From NCBI GenBank assembly GCA_964016885.1, contig OZ024744.1, positions 80,042,001 through 80,106,000 on the forward strand: a stretch of 64,000 bases of DNA, read 5' to 3'. Below, piece by piece: positions 1-13,037 of the stretch. Position 1 is the first letter of the stretch, and each line of letters starts with the position of its first letter. The notes under the pieces are model-generated. The model was given only the letters and a program-made list of their open reading frames with translations. It made no database searches and was not told the DNA's origin. Source of the DNA: Eledone cirrhosa. Taxonomy: Eukaryota. The position numbers and the translations under genes were made by a program.

Positions 1-1589
1 CCACCACCGTTCACCACCATCCACCACCATTCAACATCATTCACCACCATCATTCACAATTATTCACCATCATTCACCACCATTTTTACATCCACTTTTC
101 TATACTAGTATGGGTTTGGATGGGATGTTTTCAGAATGTTCTACAGCCAGATACCTTTCCTGACACCAGTCTTCATGTTGAGTAATACTTTGTGAGTGAA
201 ATGCCTCACTCCCTCCATTCCCCATCGCACTTCCAAGACTGGTCCATCTTAAAACACTTCTGTGTCCAGTTGCGGTTGACTTGAACCGGGGAATGTGTCC
301 TCCACCCCCACACTACACTTACACCTAGCTGACAACACTTCTGTATCACCCCTTGTTGAGTTTGTCTTGAACCAAGAATGTGTCCTCATCTTCCCCTACA
401 CTCACCCCCAGGACATACCCAGCTGACAACACTTCTGCACCACACCAACCTCACCAACGCTGTTTTAGTCTTGAACCAGCAATAGCATTGCATTAGCAGT
501 TTGAAGCTAAACCATGTATTTCTAAAAGTTATTGATAGTTCCTGAGCTGAACATGCTAGCTCTGGAATATATCAGCCAGTTCCTTTTCATCAATGTCATC
601 TCCTCCACCCTTCCCTGTGTTTTTCCTTAGAATATTGTTGTTCTTCCAACAAATCCTCTATAGAAGGCTAATATGGAAGCTCTTTGCCCCCACCTACTCC
701 CACCTTGATTGAACATGCTCTGGAATATATTAACTAGTTCATTTTCATTGATTCCCCTACCCCACCCACCCCAAAGTTTCTCTGAGAATATTGTTGTTCT
801 TGCCCTTGTTCACCACAAGTCCTCTATAGTAGGTTAATACAGAAGTTCCTTCAGGAACATTGCTCATTGCTACTTGACTGATAGATAGAAGGCTTACTGT
901 GAAAGTTCAAGGATTTTAAAATGAAAATAAGCAAAATGAAGGATATGAAAGTAAAAAAGTAAAAACAGTACCAATAATAACTGAAGCACTAAAAATCTAA
1001 AGACTAAAATCTGTCTCAAGCCCGGAGGCTCATTAGACAGGTGTTTATCTTGGTTTCCTTAGTATTAAGTGACAGAGTACAAGACTTCTCCTGAAAAGGA
1101 CACCTGTCCATCAATGGATCAAAACCCCAGCTGAGCATACCAGAACAGTGTGAAATGAAGTGTTTTGCTCAAGAACACAACACACAACCCAGCCCAGGAA
1201 TCGAACTTCATGACATTACGATCTTAAGTCCAACACCCTTACCACGTGACTTCATGAAGCCCTAGGCATGATCAATGGTCCTGGTATGGTTTCCATGTTT
1301 GTGTTAATATTCTTCCAGAAGTAGTAATAGGTATGATGGAAAGAAATATGAACAGAAACATAGAAAGCAGATCAGAGATTACAATGGTACATGTGATATA
1401 TAAGACAGGGTGGAGGATTGGCAATAATCGGTGGAGTGTCAGACAACATGCTTTATGGCATAGTTACAGCCCTTTACCATCTGAGTTCAAATCTTGCCAA
1501 AGTTAACTTTGGCTTTCATCCTTACGCGGTCGATAAAATAAAGTACCAGTAATGAATTGGGGTTGATTTAATCGACTTTCCACTTCTTC

Positions 1590-1830
1590 ACCCACTTATT
1601 CCTGAGAGGGTCGTGGGGGCAGAGTCCTCTAACACTCCCTCCAGCAGGTCCTGTTAGAAGCAACTGTCTACAACTGATCCAGCTGGATCCCCAAGCGTGA
1701 CCAGCCAAGCCCATGGATGTTATCCAAACATCCTCCTCGGGATCTACCCCTGGGTCTCCTACCTGTTGGTTTCGCCCGTAAAATCTGTCCAGCGTTTCTT
1801 TCCCGAGACATTATAACCACATGACCCCCG
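1590..1830 (-). mobile_element. RTE LINE 3' fragment
   Basis: Minus strand reads PTGRRPRGRSR...LGI. The same terminus (cacttattcctgagagggtc) recurs at ~27370. Confidence 0.6.
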
Positions 1831-1954
1831 CCAACAAATTGTTGGCCTTGTAACTAAATCAGAAACTATTATCTAAGATAGCCCAGCTAACTACAGCCTA
1901 CATCCTATGTAAGATATTTTCAATTCAGTAACATAATTCAAACTATACACAATA

Positions 1955-2145
1955 AAGAGGTGAATTGGCAGTATCGGTAGAGGGTCGGACGCCATGTTTT
2001 GACGCATAGAGTTACGGCCCTTGCCATTCTGAGTTCAAATCCCGCCAAGGTTAACTTTGCCTTTCATCCTTATGGGGTCGATAAAATAAAGTACCAGTAA
2101 TGTACTGGGATAATTGCTTGCCTTGTGCCAAAAGTAGAAACAATT
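1955..2145 (+). mobile_element. tRNA-derived SINE (same family)
   Basis: Same boxes, core and tail. Further copies lie at ~1410-1590, 6655-6775, 8185-8350, 8400-8620, 8635-8770, 37535-37640, 38460-38610 and 42960-43110. Confidence 0.85.
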
Positions 2146-3184
2146 ATATATTGTTTCAATATAAAATTTCATTATATATTGTTTTTTAATATGACTAAAC
2201 TCTCTAAAACAATTTTTGTTTAATTTAATGTCATATTAAAAGAGACAAGGTGTCGTAACCCTTTAGCATTTAAACCGACCATATCCAGCCAGAATTTTCT
2301 CATCTCTTTCTGTTCAAACCAGCCGTAACTAGCCACTCATACTTATGTTAAGGTATTATTCTCAAAATAAATAATATCAAAATCTCATAGATTCAATATT
2401 ATATGAGATAATTATGTGCGGTAAAGCCTTTACTGTGAAAATATAATAGTAAATACAAAAGTAAATATAGAGTAATGTAAATGCTAGAGGTTTAAAATTA
2501 GGGTGTTGGGGGTTGCTGTAAAATATAAGTATGTGTTCTATGATTTTAAAAAAAAAAAAATCCTAAAGGTTCTTTCTATAACAAAATAAGTTTAGGAACC
2601 ATTTTTTAAATATAAATCACCAAATGACACTAAAAACACTTAACATTAACCATCACAAAATAACTTAACACACACACATTCACACACACAACATAAAAAA
2701 CACTAAAACAACAGCAGAAAACAGCAGCCTAAACCCCAGCGTTGAATCAAGTCCTTTGGCAGTTCTAAACACTTAAAGGATTATGGTGCCTTACCTATAT
2801 ATAAAGTCTGCAAAAACAATTTTTTGTTATTGAGGGGGATGCCCACTAATACATTCAATTTGAATAAAATGGTGCCCCCCACCTCCCATCCTGTCCCCAC
2901 ACATACACTCTTCCATTGTTGCTCTAAATATGTGCTTATTTTTCTAAATAGTTAATACATCCCTGCTAAACCCCACAACAAAGCAAAACAGATGTTAATG
3001 TAGTATGCAGACAATACTGCATTACACCTAAGAAACAAGGAGGTGCATCTGGTGGTGCAGTAATATCTCATATGAAAATGTTTAACATATGGTGACTGAT
3101 GAATTATAAAAAAAAAACTGATTTCTAATTTTAACCCTTTAACATTTACATTACTTTATATTTATCATTATATTTTCACAGTAA

Positions 3185-3790
3185 GGGGTGGATTGGCAGT
3201 ATCGGTAGAGGGTCGGACGCCATGCTTTCCAGCATAGTTACGTCCCTTTACGATCTGAGTTCAAATCCCGCCGAGGTTGACTTTGCCTTTCATCCTTACG
3301 GGGTCGATAAAATAAAGTACCAGTAATGCACTGATAATTTCTGGCCTTGTGCCTAAAGTAGAAACAATTATATTTTCACAGTAAGGGTGGTGGATTGACA
3401 GTATAGATAGAGGGTCGGACGCCATGCTTTCCAGCATAGTTATGTCCCTTTACGATCTGAGTTCAAATCCCGCCGAGGTTGACTTTGCCTTTCATCCTTA
3501 CGGGGTCGATAAAATAAAGTACTAGTAATGCACTGGGTAATTTCTGGCCTTGTGCCTAAAGTAGAAACAATTATATTTTCACAGTAAGGGTGGTGGATTG
3601 ACAGTATAGATAGAGGGTCGGACGCCATGCTTTCCAGCATAGTTATGTCCCTTTACGATCTGAGTTCAAATCCCGCCGAGGTTGACTTTGCCTTTCATCC
3701 TTACGGGGTCGATAAAATAAAGTACCAGTAATGCACTGGGTAATTGCTGGCCTTGTGCCTAAAGTAGAAACAATTATATTTTCACAGTAA
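3185..3790 (+). mobile_element. Three tandem copies (~202-bp period) of a tRNA-derived SINE
   Basis: A-box-like tggcagtatcggtag, B-box gagttcaaatcc, core gcctttcatccttacggggtcgataaaataaagtaccag (Nin/Deu-domain-like), and ttgtgcctaaagtagaaacaattat tail. Confidence 0.85.
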
Positions 3791-3851
3791 TCATCATCAT
3801 CATCATCATAATTATCTCATATAATATCAAATCTATGAGATATTGATATTT

Positions 3852-4051
3852 NNNNNNNNNNNNNNNNNNNNNNNNNNNNNNNNNNNNNNNNNNNNNNNNN
3901 NNNNNNNNNNNNNNNNNNNNNNNNNNNNNNNNNNNNNNNNNNNNNNNNNNNNNNNNNNNNNNNNNNNNNNNNNNNNNNNNNNNNNNNNNNNNNNNNNNNN
4001 NNNNNNNNNNNNNNNNNNNNNNNNNNNNNNNNNNNNNNNNNNNNNNNNNNN
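3852..4051. other. Assembly gap (200 N)
   Basis: N run. Confidence 1.
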
Positions 4052-4191
4052 ATAAGACTATAATTTACCATTTGAAGCAGATTTAACGTAAAATGACCCC
4101 AGGATGGTAGAAAGGTACAGCATGTATAAAATTATGTATATATTTGTATACATATATATATATATACATATATATACAATATATGAATTAC

Positions 4192-4300
4192 CTTGCGTTT
4201 TTTTTTTTAAATGGTAAGTTCCAAAGAACTGAGTAGCAGTTCATCCGAAAGTAGTTACCGAATTCCTTTTCATACAAGCACGTGTTTTTCAATGGAATTT
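4192..4300 (-). CDS. Candidate 109-nt exon (phase 1 to phase 2)
   Basis: Branch-like acttactcac, then ccttgtttag|AA, and donor CAAG|gtaatt. It is open in the frame that continues the big exon (EIPLKNTCLYEKEFGNYFRMNCYSVLWNLPFKKKNA). No homology recognised. Confidence 0.25.
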
Positions 4301-4585
4301 CTAAACAAGGGTGAGTAAGTAGGTGGGTGGGTGTATGTATGTATGTCTGAGTGGAATGAAAACCCTTCAGCCAGCCAACAAAGGGTGGTATTTGTACTGC
4401 CAGGTATAAATGTCCTGTGGCACAAACATCTTTTGTTTTGTTAGAGGGGTTTTTTTTTCTTCGTCCTTTTGATATGTTTTGTTTTGTTTTGTTTTGTTTT
4501 TTTTCCCCTCCTATGTTTTTATTTTAAACAACTCCGAAATTTCGAAAAAAAAAATTTTATTTTATTAATTGTTTTCTTTTTTTTT

Positions 4586-4804
4586 AAATCCCTTTTGATT
4601 ACCAAACCCGCCTGAATATTTCACACAGAACTGTTTGTTTTAAAGTGTTTACATTCATCTAAAAACTTTCCATCATAATTTTATATAAGAATCTTTATGT
4701 TATATTCCAAACACCAGTTAAATAATGAGAAATTCGAATTCTTGATTATTTTCAAAATTATATGTTGTGTTTTTCATGAGATATAATGGTAACAAAAGGG
4801 TTAA
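4586..4804. mobile_element. Second TTAA-type MITE family
   Basis: cccttttgattacca...tggtaacaaaagggttaa; related ends at ~21468 and ~27854. Confidence 0.55.
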
Positions 4805-5842
4805 AGTTGTTTTCATCCAACAGAAGCAGGGCCAGTGGAACCTAGAATAATTTCTTACATAGGGAATGTTTCCTTGTAGTAGAGTTAAGAGAAAGGAAAG
4901 AATTGACTTGGAGAGGTGTAATAAAGACCCAACTACCTCTAAGACAAAAACCCCAAAATATATATATATATATAAATAATAGGTAAAGAAAAACAAATGT
5001 AGACATTAGATAAAACACATAGACAAGTTCACATACAAGCTTTCTCACTTACTCACACACATGCTCCTGCTTTTATGCATACACATGTTCACGCACATTC
5101 TTTCTCTCTCTCACACACACATGCTGTCTCATGTACACACACAAACATGTTCACATGCTCTATCACACACACACTTAAAAATAGGGGTTCCCTGGGACAA
5201 TCTTTTTATGATATAAATAGTTTCTACTGCTGTTTAGGAGAGAGAGAGAAAGAGGCAGGCAGAGAACAGGGATATATGGGGGGAGGGGCTGAAAGGGTTT
5301 TTTTTTTGGGGGGGGGGGTCTGCTAAAGAGTAATAAAGGACAAAATACCAAAGTCAGGAGTAAAAAAAAAGGGAGCTGGAGCAGGAGGGGTAAAGTAGGG
5401 ACTGAAAGAAGAAAAATAAATAAACACCATGAAGGAGCAGAAAAAGTGAAGGGACCAAACTTTATAGAAAGAAAAGACACACAAATACAGTTATCATATG
5501 GGCTAGAGGGAGAAACAGATGTACAGTATATATAAATATAAATGCATATTCACAAACGTGTGTGTGTGTGTGGTGTGTGTGTGTGGTGTGTGTGTGTATT
5601 ACAGTATATATAAATATAAATGCATATTCACAAACGTGTGTGTGTGTGGTGTGTGTGTATATATATATATATAGATAGATAGATAGATATGTTTCTTTAT
5701 TAGCCACAGAGGCAGAAAAGAAAGGGACAAATACAAAGGGGGAAGTTTACATACAATAAAAAACGTGTAAAATGTTATCACAAATGCAATTTAAAAATTA
5801 GTCGATTTTCCCCAATAGGGGGAGACAGTTCATATGGGTAAC

Positions 5843-5896
<54 letters not shown>

Positions 5897-6413
5897 TACA
5901 TGTGCGTATGCAGATATAGGTGAAGGCACAAGGCTGAGTGATTAGAGACTTGGATTTGCAATCGTGAGGTAGTGAGTTCAATTCCAAGACACTTTATTTT
6001 ACGTTGTTCCTTCTACCTGGAACTGTGACCAACAGATGGTATTAGCAATTGGAAAGACCAATGGAAACATTGCTTCCTTGGTCTGATTTGACGAAAGTCG
6101 ATCGACTCTCAATATAGAGAGATAAAATATATATATAGAATAATAATTATGATGAAAATTATTGAGTACAGGTGCACTACAACTGATCAAAAGTGCATGT
6201 ACAGGAAATAGAATAACTGTGGTTACCCCCTGATTGAATAGGTACAACATATATCAGTGTGTAATAAGAGATCAAAAGAAAGGGTTAGTGTTAGGAAGAG
6301 CATCCAGCTGTAAAGCACTGCCTCAAAATCCCGTCCAACCCATGCCAGTATGGAAAAATAGACGTAAAAACGATGGTGATGATGATATGTGTGTGTGTGT
6401 GTGTGTTTGTGTA

Positions 6414-6517
6414 TACACAGGATGTCCCAAAAAATGTATACACACTTCAACAACATTCTAATAAATATTGCCTGTATCGATCATCTAAGTGTGTATACAT
6501 TTTTTTAGGACACCCTG

Positions 6518-6520
<3 letters not shown>
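6414..6520. mobile_element. Tc1/mariner-type MITE
   Basis: TIR cagg.tgtcccaaaaaatgtatacacactt / aagtgtgtatacattttttaggacaccctgta; second copy at ~13255-13340. Confidence 0.7.
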
Positions 6521-6550
<30 letters not shown>

Positions 6551-7470
6551 GAGATTCCTGAGTTTTGTCAAGGTAGAGAAGGAGGTAACCGCAGTTAAAA
6601 AAGGTACTCAATACATTGGTAGAGTATAGTTATTATTATTATTATTATTATTATTCTGAGTTTAAATCCCGCCGACGTTAACTTTGCCTTTCATCCTTAC
6701 GGGGTCGATAAAATAAAGTACCAGTAATGTACTGGGTAATTGCTGGCCTTGTGCCAAAAGTAGAAACAATTATTATCATTAAGAGAAAGAGAGAGAGAAA
6801 GAAATGACTTCTACAGGACTAGAACTGCTTCATTCATATGAAATCATCAGGACATACCTGATGATTTCACATGAATGAAACAGTTCTAGTCCTGTAGAAG
6901 CCATTTCTACACACACACAGACACACACAAAAAGTCATAGGTAACCGCGCATCTTCTCTTGTTTCTTGGTTTCCCCCCATCTGTTTGACACTTGCAGCTA
7001 AATATAAGATGTCTTGTGATGCAGTTTTCTCTTCTACCTGCTGCAGGTGTAGTAGTGTAACAAGCAGTATAGCAATCACAGTTTCTCTTTCTTTCTTCCT
7101 TCCTTCCTTCCTTCCTTTCATTTAACTACTTTTCTATCATGCCTCTTTCCTCCATATGTTGTCTCTTCACTCCCCCCCCCACCCTCTCTTTCTATCCCTC
7201 CACTCTAAATCTTTGTCTTCCTACTTCCCTACGACACTCTCCCTCCCTCTCTCTTTATATATATTTATCTTATCTGGACAGTTATCTGTCTTTCTAGTAT
7301 TTTACTTTCTGACTGTTTATATATGCCTATCTGTATACAGGGCCACCACACTGAGCCCCCCCCCCCCCCCCCCCCCCCATGTACACACACACACACACAG
7401 TCCTAGAAAGTGGAGGCCTCAGCTGGGGATTACATATACATACCCACACACACATATATATATATATATG

Positions 7471-7502
<32 letters not shown>

Positions 7503-9189
7503 TATATATTATCATCATCATTTAACATCCATTTTTCTACACTTGGGAAAGAGGGGTTGTTCCATTTGAGGCAAGTTGGGTCAGGTGACCGTCCGTGTCT
7601 TGCTGATACAGAACTGTTTCTGGCTTGGTTTCTACGGCTGGGTGCCCTTCCTAATGCCATCCACATTTACAGTGTGTGCCGAGTTCTTTTCGTGGCGACA
7701 CCTACACGACTACTTTACAATGAGGGCAGGGCACTTTTTTGTCATGTCGCCATCACGACCAGTGTTGTTGTATGTGTATGTGTATGTATATGTAAGTCCC
7801 AGTTGTCATGTGCACTTGATGAGTGAAGGGTAGATTACTCTATTTCAGGGGTTCTCGTGTGGCATGTGGGGGTGGAAGTGGCAGAACAATTAGAAGCAAT
7901 TGGTCTGATTGGTCAAATTAGTTTAACCCTTTAGCATTTACATTACTCTATATTTATGATTATATTTTCGCAGTTAAAGCTTTACCTCACATAATTATCT
8001 CACATAATATTGAATCTATGAGATTTTGATATTATTTATTTTGAGAACAATACCTTAACATTAGTATGAGTGGCCGGTTACAGCTGGTTTGAACAGAAAA
8101 AGGTGAGAGAATTCCAGCTGGATACGGCTGTTTTAAATACTAATGTGTTAAGCCCAGCACTGGCTGAATTTACACACACATACAATTCGGACGCCATGCT
8201 TTCCAGCATAGTTACGTCCCTTTATGATCCGAGTTCAAATCCCGCCGAGGTTAACTTTGCCTTTCATCCTTACGGGGTCGATAAAATAAAGTACCAGTAA
8301 TGCACTGGGATAATTGCTGGCCTTGTGCCTAAAGTAGAAACAATTATTTTGTAATGTCCAACTCATCAGGAAAGTAAATGGAATCATTATTATTAAGAGG
8401 GCAGTGGATTAATTGCATTGATAAAGCATCAAACATGCCTTGCAGCATGTAATCATGTCCATTTACATTCTGAGTTCAAATCTTGTTGAGGTTAGCTTTG
8501 AATTTCATCCTTCTGAGGTCAATAAAATACAGTAGCAATCAAGTAAAGGGGGCAGAGGTTGATATAATCAACTTTCACCCTTTCCCTAACATTGCTGGCT
8601 TGGTGAAACCATTATTATTATTATTATACTAGAGGGTAGTCAACTGGCAAAGTCATTAGAGCATTCGAAAAATGCCTATCAATATCTATCCTGGCACTCT
8701 ACACTGAATTCAAATCCTGCCATGGCAAACTTTGCTTTTCATACTTCCAAGGCCAATAAAATAGAGTACCACCATGAGTCTAGCTTATCAATGTTATTCG
8801 GGCTTAGCACAATTTTTAACAATAAAAGTTCCATATTTAATAGAAGAAGAAATTATCAAGCTAAGAAGACCAGAGACCATATTGAAATGATAGAAGTGGC
8901 AGATGCAGGAGACAGCACATCTGTGGACCAGAGAATAGCAAGCTCTAAAGAACAGAGACCATTGTTGTAATAATGGTAGAGACAGAAGAGTTCATATCTC
9001 TGGACCAGAGACTGGTAAGATATGAGGGGCAGAGACCATTGCTGTAATGATAGAAGAGACAGAGACAGAAGTCAGCACATATGTGAGCTTGAGACTAGCA
9101 AGCTCTGAGGAACAGAAACAATTGTTGTAATGATAGAAGAGAAAGACACCATTGTTGTAATGATGGCAAAGAGGGGAGGCAACACATCT

Positions 9190-12100
9190 GAAGGCCTGAG
9201 ACTAGCAAGATCTGAAGGCCTTGAGTCAAGCAAGATCTGAAGGTCTGAGACTGGCAAGATCTGAAGGTCTGAGACTGGCAAGATCTGAAGGTCTTGAGAC
9301 TGGCAAGGTCTGAAGGTCTTGAGACTGGCAAGGTCTGAAGGCCTTGAGACTGGCAAGGTCTGAAGGCCTTGAGACTGGCAAGATCTGAAGGTCTTGAGAC
9401 TGGCAAGATCTGAAGGTCTTGAGACTGGCAAGATCTGAAGGTCTTGAGACTGGCAAGATCTGAAGGTCTTGAGACTGGCAAGATCTGAAGGTCTTGAGAC
9501 TGGCAAGATCTGCAGGTCTTGAGACTGGCAAGATCTGAAGGTCTTGGGACTGGCAAGATCTGAAGGTCTTGGGACTGGCAAGATCTGAAGGTCTTGGGAC
9601 TGGCAAGATCTGAAGGTCTTGAGACTGGCAAGATCTGAAGGCCTTGAGACTGGCAAGATCTGAAGGTCTTGAGACTGGCATGATCTGAAAGTCTTGAGAC
9701 TGGCATGATCTGAAAGTCTTGAGACTGGCATGATCTGAAAGTCTTGAGACTGGCAAGATCTGAAGACCTAGGACTGGCAAGATCTGAAGGCCTTGAGACA
9801 AGCAAGATCTGAAGGTCTTGAGACTGGCAAGATCTGAAGGTCTTGAGACTGGCAAGATCTGAAGGTCTTGAGACTAGCAAGATCTGAAAGTCTTGAGACT
9901 GGCAAGATCTGAAGGTCTTGAGGCTGGCAAGATTTGAATACCTGGGACTGGCAGGATCTGAAGGACTTGAGACAAGCAAGATCTGAAGGTCTTGAGACTG
10001 GCAAGATCTGAAGGCCTTGAGTCAAGCAAGATCTGAAGGTCTTGAGACTGGCAAGATCTGAAGGCCTTGAGACTGGCAAGATCTGAAGGCCTTGAGACTG
10101 GCAAGATCTGAAGGTCTTGAGAAGGCAAGATCTGAAGGTCTTGTGACTGGCAAGATCTGAAGGTCTTGAGACTGGCAAGATCTGAAGACCTGGGACTGGA
10201 AAGATCTGAAAGCCTTGAGACAAGCAAGATCTGAAGGTCTTGAGACAAGCAAGATCTGAAGGTCTTGAGACAAGCAAGATCTGAAGGTCTTGAGACTGGC
10301 AAGATCTGAAGGTCTTGAGAAGGCAAGATCTGAGGGCCTTGAGACTGGCAAGATCTGAATACCTGGGACTGGCAGGATCTGAAGGTCTTGAGACTGGCAA
10401 GATCTGAAGGTCTTGAGACTGGCAAGATCTGAAGGCCTTGAGTCAAGCAAGATCTGAAGGTCTGAGACTGGCAAGATCTGAAGGTCTTGAGACTGGCAAG
10501 ATCTGAAGGTCCTGAGACTGGCAAGGTCTGAAGGTCTTGAGACTGGCAAGATCTGAAGGTCTTGAGACTAGCAAGATCTGAAGGTCTTGAGACTGGCAAG
10601 ATCTGAAGGTCTTGAGACTGGCAAGATCTGAATACCTGGGACTGGCAGGATCTGAAGGCCTTGAGTCAAGCAAGATCTGAAGGCCTTGAGACTGGCAAGA
10701 TCTGAAGGCCTTGAGACTGGCAAGATCTGAAGGTCTTTGGAAGGCAAGATCTGAAAATCCTGTGACTGGCAAGATCTGAAGGTCTTGATATTGGCAAGAG
10801 CTGAAGACCTGGGACTGGCAAGATCTGAAGGCCTTGAGACTGGCAAGATCTGAAGGTCTTGAGACTGGCAAGATCTGAAGACCTAGGACTGGCAAGATCT
10901 GAAGGCCTTGAGACAAGCAAGATCTGAAGGTCTTGAGACTGGCAAGATCTGAAGATCTTGAGACTGGCATGATCTGAAAGTCTTGAGACTGGCAAGATCT
11001 GAAGACCTAGGACTGGCAAGATCTGAAGGCCTTGAGACAAGCAAGATCTGAAGGTCTTGAGACTGGCAAGATCTGAAGGTCTTGAGACTGGCAAGATCTG
11101 AAGGTCTTGAGACTGGCAATATCTGAAGGTCTTGAGACTGGCAAGATCTGAAAGTCTTGAGACTGGCAAGATCTGAAAGTCTTGAGACTGGCAAGATCTG
11201 AAGGCCTTGAGAAGGCAAGATCTGAAGGTCTTGAGAAGGCAAGATCTGAAGGTCTTGAGAAGGCAAGATCTGAAGGTCTTGTGACTGGCAAGATCTGAAG
11301 GTCTTGAGACTGGCAAGATCTGAAGGCCTTGAGTCAAGCAAGATCTGAAGGTCTTGAGACTGGCAAGATCTGAAGGCCTTGAGACTGGCAAGATCTGAAG
11401 GCCTTGAGACTGGCAAGATCTGAAGGTCTTGAGAAGGCAAGATCTGAAGGTCTTGTGACTGGCAAGATCTGAAGGTCTTGAGACTGGCAAGATCTGAAGA
11501 CCTGGGACTGGAAAGATCTGAAGGCCTTGAGACAAGCAAGATCTGAAGGTCTTGAGACTGGCAAGATCTGAAGGTCTTGAGAAGGCAAGATCTGAAGGCC
11601 TTGAGACTGGGAAGATCTGAAGGTCTTGGGACTGGAAAGATCTGAAGACCTAGGACTGGCAAGATCTGAAGGCCTTGAGACAAGCAAGATCTGAAGGTCT
11701 TGAGACTGGCAAGATCTGAAGGCCTTGAGTCAAGCAAGATCTGAAGGTCTGAGACTGGCAAGATCTGAAGGTCTTGAGACTGGCAAGATCTGAAGGTCTT
11801 GAGACTGGCAAGGTCTGAAGGTCTTGAGACTGGCAAGATCTGAAGGTCTTGAGACTGGCAAGATCTGAATACCTGGGACTGGCAGGATCTGAAGGTCTTG
11901 AGACTGGCAAGATCTGAATACCTGGGACTGGCAGGATCTGAAGGCCTTGAGTCAAGCAAGATCTGAAGGCCTTGAGACTGGCAAGATCTGAAGGCCTTGA
12001 GACTGGCAAGATCTGAAGGCCTTGAGACTGGCAAGATCTGAAGGCCTTGAGACTGGCAAGATCTGAAGGTCTTTAGAAGGCAAGATCTGAAGGTCCTGTG

Positions 12101-13037
12101 ACTGGCAAGATCTGAAGGTCTTGAGATTGGCAAGATCTGAAGACCTGGGACTGGAAAGATCTGAAGGCCTTGAGACTGGCAAGATCTGAAGGTCTTGAGA
12201 CTGGCAAGATCTGAAGACCTAGGACTGGCAAGATCTGAAGGCCTTGAGACAAGAAAGATCTGAAGGTCTTGAGACTGGCAAGATCTGAAGGCCTTGAGAC
12301 TGGCAAGATCTGAAGGCCTTGAGACTGGCAAGATCTGAAGGTCTTTAGAAGGCAAGATCTGAAGGTCCTGTGACTGGCAAGATCTGAAGGTCTTGAGATT
12401 GGCAAGATCTGAAGACCTGGGACTGGCAAGGTCTGAAGGTCTTGAGACTGGCAAGATCTGAAGGTCTTGAGACTGGCAAGATCTGAAGGTCTTGAGACTG
12501 GCAAGATCTGAAAGACTTGAGACTGGCAAGATCTGAAAGACTTGAGACTGGCAAGATCTGAAGGTCTTGAGGCTGGCAAGATTTGAAGGTCTTGAGACTG
12601 GCAAGATCTGAATACCTGGGACTGGCAGGATCTGAAGGCCTTGAGACAAGCAAGATCTGAAGGTCTTGAGACTGGCAAGATCTGAAGGTCTTGAGACTGG
12701 CAAGATCTGAAGACCTTGAGACTGGCAAGATCTGAAGGCCTTGAGACTGGCAAGATCTGAAGGTCTTGAGACTGGCAAGATCTGAAGGTCTTGAGACTGG
12801 CAAGATCTGAAGGTCTTGAGACTGGCAAGATCTGAAGGCCTTGAGTCAAGCAAGATCTGAAGGTCTTGAGACTGGCAAGATCTGAAGGCCTTGAGACTGG
12901 CAAGATCTGAAGGTCTTGAGACTGGCAAGACCTGAAGGTCTTGAGACTGGCAAGATCTGAAGGTCTAGAGACTGGCAAGATCTGAAGGTCTTGAGACTGG
13001 CAAGATCTGAAAGTCTTGAGACTGGCAAGATCTGAAG
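9190..13037. repeat. 25-bp minisatellite (gagactggcaagatctgaaggtctt)n, ~150 copies
   Basis: Read directly; recurring variants include gagtcaagc, gagaaggc, acctgggact and aggcctt. Confidence 0.98.

Noticed and set aside
1955-2050. tRNA genes at SINE heads
   Set aside because: A/B boxes are present but there is no intact cloverleaf, and the SINE core always follows.
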